Shown one piece after another: positions 51,612 through 60,943 of a DNA stretch of 64,000 bases. The DNA lies in the NCBI GenBank assembly GCA_031459625.1, contig JAVKIH010000002.1, positions 272,528 to 336,527 on the forward strand. The letters run 5' to 3'. How positions within the stretch are numbered: the stretch's first letter is position 1; every line of letters begins with the position of its first letter. A program made the position numbers and the translations under genes. Under the pieces are notes generated by a model. It searched no databases and had not been told where the DNA came from. It saw nothing but the letters and a program-made list of their open reading frames with translations. The stretch is from Candidatus Geohabitans tengchongensis (GTDB lineage Bacteria > Sysuimicrobiota > Sysuimicrobiia > Sysuimicrobiales > Humicultoraceae).

Positions 51612-52538
51612 GTGGTCCGGTTCCTCGCCCAGCGCCTCTGGCACCTGGCCTGGGTCCTGCTCGCGGTCAGCGTGCTGGTCTTCCTGCTGATCCACCTGAG
51701 CGGCGACCCCGTCCGCCTGCTCACCCCGCTCGACGCCACGCCGGAGGACGTGGCCCGGGTGCGCCGGCTCTACGGGCTCGACCGGCCGATCCCGCTCCAG
51801 TACTGGGACTTCGTACGTCGGGCCCTCCGGGGGGACCTGGGGGAGTCGTTCCGCTACCAGCGCCCGGCGCTCGAGCTCGTCCTCCAGCGCCTCCCCGCGA
51901 CGGCGCTGCTGGCGGTCACCACCCTGGCCGTCACCATCGCAGTGGGCATCCCGCTGGGGCTGTGGATCGGTGCCCGGGCGGGCTCGGCTGCGGACTGGGG
52001 CGTCTCCCTGGCCACCTTCCTGGGCATCAGCCTTCCCTCGTTCTGGCTGGGGGTGCTGCTCATCCTCCTGTTCGCCGACCGCCTGCGCGTCCTCCCGGCT
52101 TCGGGCTTCGACTCCTGGCGGCACCTGGTGCTGCCGGCGGCGACCCTCTCCGTGTACACCACCGGGCTGATCACCCGCCTGGTCCGGGCGGACGTGCGCG
52201 CGGTCCTCCGCCAGGACTACATCCGCACGGCACGGGCGAAGGGGCTGGCCGAGCCCGTCGTCCTGCGCCGCCACGCCCTGCGCAACGCCCTGCTCTCGAC
52301 GGTGACGGTGCTCGGGCTGCAGCTGGGCAACCTGCTCGGCGGCTCGGTGGTCGTCGAGGCGGTCTTCGCCTGGCCGGGCGTGGGATGGCTGATGCTGCAG
52401 GGCATCCAGACACGCGACCTGCCGCTCGTCCGCGCGGTGGTGCTCGTCGTGGGGACGGCCTTTGTGCTGATCAACCTGATCGTGGACCTGCTGTACCTCT
52501 TCATCGACCCGCGCATCCGATACGACCATGGCCGCTGA
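51612..52538 (+). CDS. Peptide ABC permease (DppB type)
   Basis: SGDP, GDLGES, QDYIRTARAKG, DPRIR. Confidence 0.93.
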   Translation: MVRFLAQRLWHLAWVLLAVSVLVFLLIHLSGDPVRLLTPLDATPEDVARVRRLYGLDRPIPLQYWDFVRRALRGDLGESFRYQRPALELVLQRLPATALLAVTTLAVTIAVGIPLGLWIGARAGSAADWGVSLATFLGISLPSFWLGVLLILLFADRLRVLPASGFDSWRHLVLPAATLSVYTTGLITRLVRADVRAVLRQDYIRTARAKGLAEPVVLRRHALRNALLSTVTVLGLQLGNLLGGSVVVEAVFAWPGVGWLMLQGIQTRDLPLVRAVVLVVGTAFVLINLIVDLLYLFIDPRIRYDHGR

Positions 52539-53403
52539 CGTCCGCCTGGCCCGCCCCACTGCCCTCCCCGCGGGCCGCCAGGCGCCCCGGGCGCGGGGGC
52601 GCCGCCGCCCGCCGCAGTTCTACGCCGGCGCGGTCATCGTGGGGGCGGTGGTGCTCGTGGCCGTCCTCGCGCCCTGGATCAGCCCGCACGGCCCCGCCGA
52701 CCAGGACCTGCTCAAGGCGCTGCAGCCCCCGGTGTGGCGCAGCGGGGACTGGTCCCACCCGCTGGGGACCGACCGCCTGGGCCGTGACCTGCTCTCGCGG
52801 CTGATGGTGGGCGCGCGGGTCTCCACCGCGGTGGCGGTGCTCTCCGTCCTCCTGGGCGGAGGGCTGGGGACGATGCTGGGGCTGGCCGCCGGGTACTTCG
52901 GGCGTGGCGTGGATCGGGCCGTCAGCCGTCTGATCGACATCCAGCTCTCCTTCCCGCCGGTGTTCCTGGCCATCGCCATCATGGCCGCCCTGGGGCAGAG
53001 CCTGGCCAAGCTGATCGGCGTGCTGGCCTTCGTGAGCTGGGTGCAGTACGCACGGATCGCCCGCGCCAATACGCTGTCGGTCAGGGAGCGGGAGTTCGTG
53101 CTGGCGGCGCGCGCGGTGGGGGCCTCCGAAGTCCGGGTGCTGCTGCGGCACGTCCTCCCGTCCATCCTGCCCCCGCTGCTGGTGGTGGGCGCGGTGAATA
53201 TGTCGAGCGTCATCCTGGCGGAAGCGGCGCTCAGCTACCTGGGCCTGGGGGTGCAGCCGCCCACCCCCGCCTGGGGCAGCATGGTGAGCGAGGGGCGGGC
53301 CGCCCAGGGCATTGCCTGGTGGACGACGGTCTTCCCGGGGCTGGCCATCGCGGTCCTGGTGATCGGCGCCAACCTGCTCGGCGACGGGCTCCAGCAGGAG
53401 TGA
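52528..53403 (+). CDS. Peptide ABC permease (DppC type)
   Basis: HPLGTDRLGRD, EAALSYLGLG..PAWG. Confidence 0.92.
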   Translation: MAADVRLARPTALPAGRQAPRARGRRRPPQFYAGAVIVGAVVLVAVLAPWISPHGPADQDLLKALQPPVWRSGDWSHPLGTDRLGRDLLSRLMVGARVSTAVAVLSVLLGGGLGTMLGLAAGYFGRGVDRAVSRLIDIQLSFPPVFLAIAIMAALGQSLAKLIGVLAFVSWVQYARIARANTLSVREREFVLAARAVGASEVRVLLRHVLPSILPPLLVVGAVNMSSVILAEAALSYLGLGVQPPTPAWGSMVSEGRAAQGIAWWTTVFPGLAIAVLVIGANLLGDGLQQE

Positions 53404-53417
53404 GGACGGGAGGGGCC

Positions 53418-54698
53418 ATGCGGACGGTCCTGACGCGCACGCGGTTGATCGACGGCACGGGGCGCCCGGCGGTGGAGGACGCCATGGTGATGGTGGAGGG
53501 CGAGCGCCTCCTCTGGTGCGGTCCGGCGGCGGATCCGGAGCGGCCGGCGGTCCGCCCGGAGGACCGGGTGGTCGACCTCGCCGGCCACACCGTGCTGCCC
53601 GGCCTGTTCAACGTGCACGTCCACCTGGGCCTGCGGCTGCCCTTCCCCGAGCGGCGGACCGATCCGTTCTCCCCCGGGTACCGGGTGCTGCTCAACTACC
53701 GGCGCGCCCTGGAGGCGATCCTCACGGGCACGACCAGCCTGCGCGTCGTCGGGGAGCCCTCCTTCACCGACATCGAGGTGCGCGAGGCCATCAACCGCGG
53801 CCTGCTGCCGGGCCCGCGCCTCACCTGTGCCGGGCACGCCCTGATCGCGACGGGAGGCCACGGACACAACTCCGTCGGGACCCTGGAGGGCGACGGGCCC
53901 GATGCCTTCCGACGGCTGGCTCGGGAGCAGCTGCGGGCTGGCGCCGACCTGATCAAGATCTGCCTGACCGGCGGGATCGGGACACCGCGCGAGCTGCCGG
54001 CGCACAAGCAGATGACGGACGCGGAGGTGCAGGCGGTGGTGGAGGTCGCCCACGCCGCCGGCAAGCGCGTCGCCTCCCACACGGGGGGCGACGGGGCCGT
54101 GCGGGACGCGGTGCGGCTCGGCGTGGACTGCATCGAGCACGGCTACAGCTTCAGCGCCGAGACCGCGGCGATGATGGCCGAGGCCGGCACCTTCCTGGTC
54201 CCCACCCTGTGCGTCACCCAGGAGCTGGACTACCTGCGACGCCACGGCGTTCAGGAGTGGATGCTGGCGAAGGCCCAGATGGCGGCCGAAGAGCACCGGG
54301 CGTCGATCCAGCGGGCGGTGGCGCACGGGGTCACCCTCTGCTGCGGCACCGACCTGCTGCCCAGCGACCCGGTCGACGGCACGGTGGCCACCATCCGGGA
54401 GGTCGAGCTGCTGGTCACATGCGGGCTCTCGCCGCTGACGGCGATCCGCGCCGCGACGCTGGACGCCGCCCGGCTGTGCGGCACCGACCGGGAGGTCGGG
54501 TCGCTGACGGCAGGGAAGCTGGCCGACCTCATCGCCGTCGCCGGCCAGCCCGACCGGCAGATCCGGGACCTGCGGGCGGTGCGCCTGGTGATGAAGGGCG
54601 GCGTGGTCTTCCGGAGCGACCTCGCCGAACTGCCCGATCCCGGCCTCCGGGCCCTCGGGGTCTCTCTGGCCGGCGGGACGTTCGCTCGCCTCTGGTGA
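53418..54698 (+). CDS. Metal-dependent amidohydrolase (prolidase-like subfamily)
   Basis: PGLFNVHVH, GADLIKI..TGG, VASH, IEHG, GTD, GKLADLI. Confidence 0.88.
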   Translation: MRTVLTRTRLIDGTGRPAVEDAMVMVEGERLLWCGPAADPERPAVRPEDRVVDLAGHTVLPGLFNVHVHLGLRLPFPERRTDPFSPGYRVLLNYRRALEAILTGTTSLRVVGEPSFTDIEVREAINRGLLPGPRLTCAGHALIATGGHGHNSVGTLEGDGPDAFRRLAREQLRAGADLIKICLTGGIGTPRELPAHKQMTDAEVQAVVEVAHAAGKRVASHTGGDGAVRDAVRLGVDCIEHGYSFSAETAAMMAEAGTFLVPTLCVTQELDYLRRHGVQEWMLAKAQMAAEEHRASIQRAVAHGVTLCCGTDLLPSDPVDGTVATIREVELLVTCGLSPLTAIRAATLDAARLCGTDREVGSLTAGKLADLIAVAGQPDRQIRDLRAVRLVMKGGVVFRSDLAELPDPGLRALGVSLAGGTFARLW

Positions 54699-54752
54699 GG
54701 GCGCCGACGGCTCAGCCCGTCGCCTCGCCCTCCACCGTCCCCGCCCGCCGGT

Positions 54753-56513
54753 TCACCCCTCCACCTTCACCGCCCGCCGCCGGGCCCGCTGGTAGAGCTG
54801 CCAGATCTCCTCCACCGTGGTGGCGTCCTCCGGCCGCTTGTCCTCGCGCCACCGCCCCGTGAAGCGCGGGAAGCGCAGCGCCAGCCCCGCCCCTTCGCGC
54901 GCCCGCCCCCAGGCCACCGTGTGGATGGGCGAGAGGGTGATCTCGGCGCCCACCACCTCGATGACCACCGCCGGCTCGAACCAGACGTCCGCCTCCAGGC
55001 GCGAGTCCACCCGCGGCGGGCGGTCGCGCCGCTCGTAGCGCCGCAGCCGCGCCGGCAGCGCCGCCAGGTCGGCGTCGGAGAAGCCGCTGCCGACCTTGCA
55101 GAAGGTCGGGAAGCGCTCCTCCTCGGGGTCGTAGGCGGCCACCAGCAGCGCCCCGTAGGTGCCGCTGCGCCGCCCCCGGCCGTAGAAGGCGCCCACCACC
55201 ACCAGGTCGAGGGTGTCCTGCAGGGCGGTGCGGTACTCCCGCTTGTGCTTGATCCACAGCCAGCCGCGCGCCCCGGCCTGGTAGACGGCCTCCGGCCCCA
55301 CCGCCTTGCAGATGACCCCCTCGCACCCGTCGGCCACGGCCTGCTCGAAGAACCGCTCCAGCGCCTCGGCGCTGTCGACGAGCGTCCAGGTCACGAGCTG
55401 CAGCCGCTCGCTTGTGGCCACGGCCCGCACCAGCGCCTCCCGCCGCTCGGGGTAGGGGCGGCGGGTCAGGTCCTCCCCGTCGGCGTAGAGGAGGTCGAAG
55501 GCGAACAGCCCGGCGGGGATGCGCGCCATCGCCTCCGCGATCCCGTACTTGCGGCGGCGCTGCATCAGGTCCTGGAAGGGACGCAGCTCCCCCGTGTCCG
55601 GCTCGACGGCCACGATCTCCGCCTCCAGGATGGCGCGGCGCGGCCGCAGCCCCCGCTCCAGGAGGGCCACCACGTCGGGGAACTGCGCGGTGATGTTCTC
55701 CAGGCGCCGCGAGTAGAGCTGGAAGGTGCCGGCGAGCCGGTGCACCTGCACCCGCTCGCCGTCGTACTTGTACTCGACGGCACACCGCCCGCCGAGCTTG
55801 GCCAGGATCTCCTCCGCGGTGGCCAGCCGCTGCGCCAGCATGGGCCGCACGGGGTGCCCGGGGCGGACCTCCATGCCCTCCACGGCGGCCAGCCCGCCGC
55901 GCACCAGCGTCTCGGCCACGAGCCCCAGGTCGGAGCAGATGTTGTAGGCGCGCTCCAGCACGGGGCGCTTCGCCCGGCCGCCGGCGTGCACCTCGGCCAG
56001 CGCGTCCAGGATGGAGGCGTCGCCCACGCCCAGGCGCAGCTTCCCCGTCACGGTGCGGACCAGGTAGCGGGCCTCCAGCGGCGCGGCGCGGCGCAGCAGG
56101 TCGGCCAGGATGGCGATCTTCTGTCCCTGCGCCCCCTTGCCGGCGGCCTGGGCGGCGGCCTGGAGGCGGTCGAAGACCTCGTCGACCGTGAGCGCCTGCG
56201 GGGCGCCCCGCCGGCGGCCGAGCAGCCCCTCGGCCACGGTGCCCAGGTCGCCCTGGCGGCGCAGCTCCTCGGCGACGCGGGTGACCGCCGTCCCGGTGGC
56301 GTCGGCCACGGCGCGCGCGGCCAGCTTCTCCGCCAGGCCGATCTCCACGCCGGCGAAGTCCGGCGCGATCTTGCCCTGGCAGAGGTAGACCACCCGCGGC
56401 AGCAGGTCGGGAGGGGTCTGGCGGAAGAGGCCGGCCAGGATCTCGATGATCTCCAATCGCGCGGCCGTCTGCTCGAGGCGGCGGTAAGTCTCGGCCAGCA
56501 GGCGGTACGGCAT
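54753..56513 (-). CDS. lig: ATP-dependent DNA ligase, archaeal/ligase-I type with N-terminal DNA-binding domain
   Basis: PMLAQR, EYKYDGER, EAEIV, FDLLY, EGVICK, YQAGARGWLWIK.K, ALRFPRF..REDK; GGAGG SD. Confidence 0.93.
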   Translation of the reverse strand: MPYRLLAETYRRLEQTAARLEIIEILAGLFRQTPPDLLPRVVYLCQGKIAPDFAGVEIGLAEKLAARAVADATGTAVTRVAEELRRQGDLGTVAEGLLGRRRGAPQALTVDEVFDRLQAAAQAAGKGAQGQKIAILADLLRRAAPLEARYLVRTVTGKLRLGVGDASILDALAEVHAGGRAKRPVLERAYNICSDLGLVAETLVRGGLAAVEGMEVRPGHPVRPMLAQRLATAEEILAKLGGRCAVEYKYDGERVQVHRLAGTFQLYSRRLENITAQFPDVVALLERGLRPRRAILEAEIVAVEPDTGELRPFQDLMQRRRKYGIAEAMARIPAGLFAFDLLYADGEDLTRRPYPERREALVRAVATSERLQLVTWTLVDSAEALERFFEQAVADGCEGVICKAVGPEAVYQAGARGWLWIKHKREYRTALQDTLDLVVVGAFYGRGRRSGTYGALLVAAYDPEEERFPTFCKVGSGFSDADLAALPARLRRYERRDRPPRVDSRLEADVWFEPAVVIEVVGAEITLSPIHTVAWGRAREGAGLALRFPRFTGRWREDKRPEDATTVEEIWQLYQRARRRAVKVEG

Positions 56514-56707
56514 GGCCGCCTCCGTCCTGGCGGCGGGTTCCTGGGGCGTGGCCTTCACCTTCCCACGTGGCGTCATCGTCGCGGGATCCTCCGTGGTTGC
56601 GCCGGCATGGCGGCAGGTCCGGCCGTCGCCGTCTCCTGCCATGGCTCCCACGTTCGAGCATACCTCCCAGCGGCCCCGCCAGCGCGAGGTCGATGCCGAC
56701 GAGTCGC

Positions 56708-56733
56708 GCGAACTCGGCCCGGGCCGAGTTCGC
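56708..56733. repeat. Perfect 26-bp palindrome (copy 2 of the 22-bp core)
   Basis: gcgaactcggccc|gggccgagttcgc. Confidence 0.95.
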
Positions 56734-56914
56734 CTCTTGCTCCAGGTCAAGTCGCCTGCGCCGCAGGCGCGGCGGCCTTGGAGTGCGCAGGCGTGATGAC
56801 TTCGCCATGTGGCAGCGCACGATGGCTTTGGGATGCGCGGCGCCATCACCCTGGGAGCTTAGTGTGGCCTGGCAAGTCGATGCTGGCGGCCGGGACCGCC
56901 GGGGCAGGAACCCC

Positions 56915-56956
56915 TTGACAGGCGGGTCGGCGGGTCATAGATTGACATTTGTCGAT
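56915..56956 (+). promoter_or_regulatory. ars promoter with ArsR-type operator
   Basis: TTGACA-17 nt-TAGATT, overlapped by the dyad ATTGAC-attt-GTCGAT (56941-56956). Confidence 0.75.
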
Positions 56957-56986
56957 TAAAAGCGAGCCGGAGGGGGTGGGGGTCAC

Positions 56987-57355
56987 ATGGCCATGGGGAC
57001 GATGACAGCAGTGTCTCCTGAGAAGCGGCGGAGCTGCTGCGCCACTGACTGCCTGCAGGAGGTGGCCCGCACGCAGTTCGACGACGCCACCCTCGCCCGG
57101 CAGCAGGCCCGCCTCGAGGCCCTGGCCGATCCGGTCCGCCTGCGCATCATGCACTTGCTGGCCCGCCATGAGAGCCTTTGCGTCTGCGAGATCGAGGCCG
57201 CCTTTGAGGTAGCCCAGCCCACCATCTCCCACCACCTGCGCGTCCTGCGGGAAGCCGGGCTCGTCACGTCGGAGCGGCGGGGCACGTGGGCCTACTACCG
57301 GCTGGTTCGGCCGGCGGTGAAAGCAGCCGTGGAAGGGCTGCTCGAGCTCCTCTGA
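56987..57355 (+). CDS. arsR: ArsR/SmtB family repressor
   Basis: ALADPVRLRI, LCVCEI, QPTISHHLRVL, ERRGTWAYY; N-terminal CC..C. Confidence 0.9.
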   Translation: MAMGTMTAVSPEKRRSCCATDCLQEVARTQFDDATLARQQARLEALADPVRLRIMHLLARHESLCVCEIEAAFEVAQPTISHHLRVLREAGLVTSERRGTWAYYRLVRPAVKAAVEGLLELL

Positions 57356-57406
57356 GGCATCACGTATAGGGATCACCATAGAATGTCATTTAATCGAGAT
57401 GCATCG

Positions 57407-57847
57407 ATGTATTACCTGCGGGCGGCCCGGCCGGGGGACCTGCCTGCGCTGCTGCAGCTGCTGGCTGCTGCCGACCTGCCGCGCGTCGGGGTGGCCGAGC
57501 GCCTCGAGGCCTTCCTGGTGGCCGAGGCTGGTGGTCGCGTCGTGGGGTGTGCCGGGCTCGAGGCCTACGGCGAGGTCGGGCTCCTCCGCTCCGTCTGTGT
57601 GGATCCTGCCCACCGCGGCTGCGGGTTGGGGGAGCGGCTCGTCCGAGCGGCCCTGGCGCGGGGCCGGGAGACCGGCGTGCAGGAGGTCGTCCTGCTGACC
57701 ACCACGGCCGCACCCTACTTCCGTCGACTCGGCTTCCGCGAGGTGGACCGGGACAGCCTCGACCCTCGCGTCCAGGCATCGCCGGAGTGCCGTGAGGGTT
57801 GCTGCGCCAGCGCCACGGCGATGCACCTGCGGCTGGACGAGAAATGA
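57407..57847 (+). CDS. arsN2: GNAT N-acetyltransferase, ArsN2-like
   Basis: GCAGLEAYG.VGLLRSV, LLTTTA..YF..LGF, S.E....C.ASA.AM; lies in an ars context. Confidence 0.75.
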   Translation: MYYLRAARPGDLPALLQLLAAADLPRVGVAERLEAFLVAEAGGRVVGCAGLEAYGEVGLLRSVCVDPAHRGCGLGERLVRAALARGRETGVQEVVLLTTTAAPYFRRLGFREVDRDSLDPRVQASPECREGCCASATAMHLRLDEK

Positions 57848-57915
57848 GACGAACGGAGGAACCCAACGCTCAACGAAGAGCGGGGGAGCCGGGTCCGGGG
57901 CGAGGAGGTGGATCG

Positions 57916-58698
57916 ATGAGCGTGGCGGATCAGGCACCGTCGGAGCGCGCCATCAAAGCGGCCGTGCGCGAACACTACGCGCGGGCCGCGGGAGGCGGCT
58001 GTTGCGGCTCCAGCCCCGCTGAGCCCTGCGGCCCGGGCGACGGCTGCGGCTCGGCGTCTGTGTACTCCACGGCCGACGGAGCCCCGGAGACGGCCATCCC
58101 CTCGCTCGGATGCGGCTCCCCGGTGGAGGCGGCGGCGCTGCGCCCCGGTGAGACGGTGGTGGACCTGGGCTCCGGGCGCGGGCTGGACGCCTTCCGTGCC
58201 GCGCAGCGGGTGGGCCCGAGCGGGCGGGTCATCGGTGTGGACATGACCCCCGAGATGGTGTGGGCGGCCCGGGAGGACGCCCGCCGGCTGGGGATCGGGC
58301 AGGTCGAGTTCCGGCTGGGGGAGATCGAGCACCTGCCGCTGCCGGACGCCTCCGCCGACGTCGTCATCAGCAACTGTGTGATCAACCTGGTCCCCGACAA
58401 GGACCGCGCCTTCGCCGAGGCCTTCCGCGTCCTGCGGCCGGGGGGGCGGCTGGTGGTGTCGGACATGGTGCGGCGCGGCCAGCGCATCGGCCCCGCGGAT
58501 CCCGCCCGGTGGGCGGCGTGCCTCGACGGTGCGGAGCCGGAGACCGCCTATCTGGAGCGGATCACCCGGGCCGGCTTCGCCACGGTGGAGGTCCTCGCGC
58601 GCAGCGGTGGGGAGCTCTACAGTCTTACGGTGCGTGCCGTCAAGGTGGCGCAAACACGACACGCCGGCGACAGGCCACCACGGGTCGGGGGAGGCTGA
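57916..58698 (+). CDS. arsM: Arsenite S-adenosylmethionine methyltransferase
   Basis: VREHYA..CC, SLGCGSP, DLGSG.GLD, GVDMT, SNCVINL.PDK, W..CL.GA. Confidence 0.85.
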   Translation: MSVADQAPSERAIKAAVREHYARAAGGGCCGSSPAEPCGPGDGCGSASVYSTADGAPETAIPSLGCGSPVEAAALRPGETVVDLGSGRGLDAFRAAQRVGPSGRVIGVDMTPEMVWAAREDARRLGIGQVEFRLGEIEHLPLPDASADVVISNCVINLVPDKDRAFAEAFRVLRPGGRLVVSDMVRRGQRIGPADPARWAACLDGAEPETAYLERITRAGFATVEVLARSGGELYSLTVRAVKVAQTRHAGDRPPRVGGG

Positions 58699-58706
58699 CC
58701 GGTCCG

Positions 58707-58734
58707 CCCGCTCTGGTACACCCGCTCTGGTACA
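58707..58734 (+). repeat. Exact 14-bp tandem duplication cccgctctggtaca x2
   Basis: Seen directly; the second copy runs into the extended -10 TGgTACAAT. Confidence 0.9.
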
Positions 58735-58745
58735 ATGGGCGGGTC

Positions 58746-59624
58746 GTGCGTCTCTCGCTGCACCGCCCCCTCGCCCTGCCGCGCGTCCGTCCCGCCTGGC
58801 TCGTCTGGGAGGCGTACCAGAAGTTCCTGCGCGACGACGCCCTGCCCATGGCCGGGGCCATCGCCTACTCGGCGCTCTTCTCCGTCTTCCCGCTGCTGCT
58901 GGGGGTCATCGCCGTCGTCAGCCTCTTCGTCGACCAGGCCCAGGTGCGGCAGGCCCTCATGGCCACCCTGGCCGGCTACCTGCCGCCGGAGACCGCCGCG
59001 TTCGTCGACCGCAACATCGCGGAGGTGCTGCGGGCGCGCGGGACCTTCGGGGTGGTGGCCATCCTGGGCCTGTTCTGGAGCGCGACGTCCGTGGCGGCGA
59101 TGGTGCGCCACACCCTCAACCGCATCTGGGGGGTGCAGCAGCCCCGCCCCTTCCTCTTCCGGAAGCTCGTGGAGCTGGCGCTGGTGGCCGCCGGGGGCCT
59201 CTTCCTCATGACGTCGCTGATCGGCTCAGCCGCACTGCGCGTGCTGAGCGCCTACCCGGGAATGTCCCCGGCGGTGAGCCGGTTCCATGGGTGGGGGTTG
59301 TCCGCGCTCCTGGGTCTCCTGGCTCCGGTGCTGCTGAGCACCCTGGCCCTGCTGGTCATCTACCGTTACCTGCCCAACGTCCTCATCCCCTGGCGCAACG
59401 CCGTGGCGGGCGCGGTGATGGGCGGGGTCCTCTTCGAGGTGACCAAGCGGGCGTTCTTCTGGTACCTGGAGAGCTTCGCCCGCTACGAGATCGTCTACGG
59501 CTCGCTCACCGGCATCATCGTCTTCCTGGTCTGGCTGTACGTCTCGGCGGTCATCCTGCTCTTCGGGGCGGAGCTGGCCTACCAGGTGGGCCGGCCGACA
59601 CCGCAGGAGGGACCGGGGGACTAG
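58746..59624 (+). CDS. YihY/BrkB family inner membrane protein
   Basis: A.AIAYSALFSVFPLL, LNRIW, YRYLP, VYGSL..IIVFLVWLY..ILLFGAE. Confidence 0.92.
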   Translation: MRLSLHRPLALPRVRPAWLVWEAYQKFLRDDALPMAGAIAYSALFSVFPLLLGVIAVVSLFVDQAQVRQALMATLAGYLPPETAAFVDRNIAEVLRARGTFGVVAILGLFWSATSVAAMVRHTLNRIWGVQQPRPFLFRKLVELALVAAGGLFLMTSLIGSAALRVLSAYPGMSPAVSRFHGWGLSALLGLLAPVLLSTLALLVIYRYLPNVLIPWRNAVAGAVMGGVLFEVTKRAFFWYLESFARYEIVYGSLTGIIVFLVWLYVSAVILLFGAELAYQVGRPTPQEGPGD

Positions 59625-60943
59625 GACTCCCCCGCGAAGGAGAGGGACTCCACGGCCACCAGGCCCGGGGCGCCGAAGGCCGAGGGCCCCTCCAGCTCCC
59701 ACCGCAGCCCGTCGCCGACGCCCACGACGTGGGCCAGCAGGTCGAGGAAGTCCCCCGCCACCGTGAAGTTCTCCAGCGGGTAGGCCACGGCGCCGTCCTC
59801 CACCCACAGCCCCAGCGCCTGCACCGAGAACTCGCCGGTGACCGGGTTCGTCCCCGCGTGCACGCCCATGACCTCGGCCACCAGCACCCCCTGCGCGAGC
59901 GGCAGCGGCCCGCGCGGCGCCAGGTAGAGGTTGGAGGGCGCCACCCCCAGCACGCCGCGGTAGCTCCGCGCGGCGTGGCCGGTGTTGGGCAGGCCGAGCG
60001 CCCGCGCCGTCTCGCTGTTGGTCAGGAAGGCCTGCAGGACGCCGTCCTCGACCAGGGTGAGGGGACGGGCCGGCGTGCCTTCGGCGTCGAAGGGGCGCGT
60101 GGCCAGGCCGTCGGGCAGCGTGGGGTCGTCCACCAGCGTCACCAGCGGCGAGGCGACGCGCTCGCCCAGCCGGCCGCGCAGGCGGCTCTTCCCCTCCTGC
60201 ACCATCTTGCCGCTCCACATCGGCCAGAACGCCGCCAGCAGCGCTGCGAGGGGTCGTGGCTCGAGGTAGGCCGGGTAGCGCCCCGTGCGCAGCGGGCGCG
60301 CGCCGAGCAGCCGCGCCGTGCGCTCCGTCAGGTCGAGGGCCGTGCGCCCGGGGTCGAGCGCGGCCACGTCGGTGACGAACCGCGCCTCCCAGGCCTGCTT
60401 CAGGCTGCTCCCCTGCTGCATCACCACGGAGCCGACGGTCCCCACCAGCCCGCGCCGGTAGGCCCCGCTCCTCCCCGCCGTGCTGGCCAATCGCACCTCC
60501 TGCTCACGCTCCACGTAGCCGGCCAGCACCACCTGCTTCACCCGCGCGTCCTCGCGCAGCGTCCCCTCGAACCCCAGCGCCGCGCCGATCTTGGCCGCCA
60601 GCGGCGCCTGCAGGCGGTCCCCGACCAGGTCGTGCTCCCCCACCGCCCCGCCCACCGGGAGGAAGCCCTGGCCGGGCGGCTGGAGGGCGGCGTTCTCCAG
60701 CGCCTCGGCCAGCGCCCACTCCAGCGCCGCCGGAGTGAGCTCCTCGCTGTAGGCGTAACCGACGCGCCCGTCCACCACGACGCGCAGGCCGAGCCCCCCG
60801 CGGACCGCCTCGGTGAGCTGCTCCACACGCCCCTGGAAGGCGCGCACCGAGGTCTCGCGCGCGCGGGTGCCCAGGACCTCCACGGCCACCCCCCGGGCGC
60901 GGGCCCGCTCCAGCACGTAGCGCGTCGCCTCGTCGACGGTCAT
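59621..60943 (-). CDS. pmbA: TldE/PmbA family protein
   Basis: GLRVVVDGRVG, PFDAEG, TGHA.R, NPVTGEFS; lacks HExxH. Confidence 0.88.
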   Translation of the reverse strand: MTVDEATRYVLERARARGVAVEVLGTRARETSVRAFQGRVEQLTEAVRGGLGLRVVVDGRVGYAYSEELTPAALEWALAEALENAALQPPGQGFLPVGGAVGEHDLVGDRLQAPLAAKIGAALGFEGTLREDARVKQVVLAGYVEREQEVRLASTAGRSGAYRRGLVGTVGSVVMQQGSSLKQAWEARFVTDVAALDPGRTALDLTERTARLLGARPLRTGRYPAYLEPRPLAALLAAFWPMWSGKMVQEGKSRLRGRLGERVASPLVTLVDDPTLPDGLATRPFDAEGTPARPLTLVEDGVLQAFLTNSETARALGLPNTGHAARSYRGVLGVAPSNLYLAPRGPLPLAQGVLVAEVMGVHAGTNPVTGEFSVQALGLWVEDGAVAYPLENFTVAGDFLDLLAHVVGVGDGLRWELEGPSAFGAPGLVAVESLSFAGES

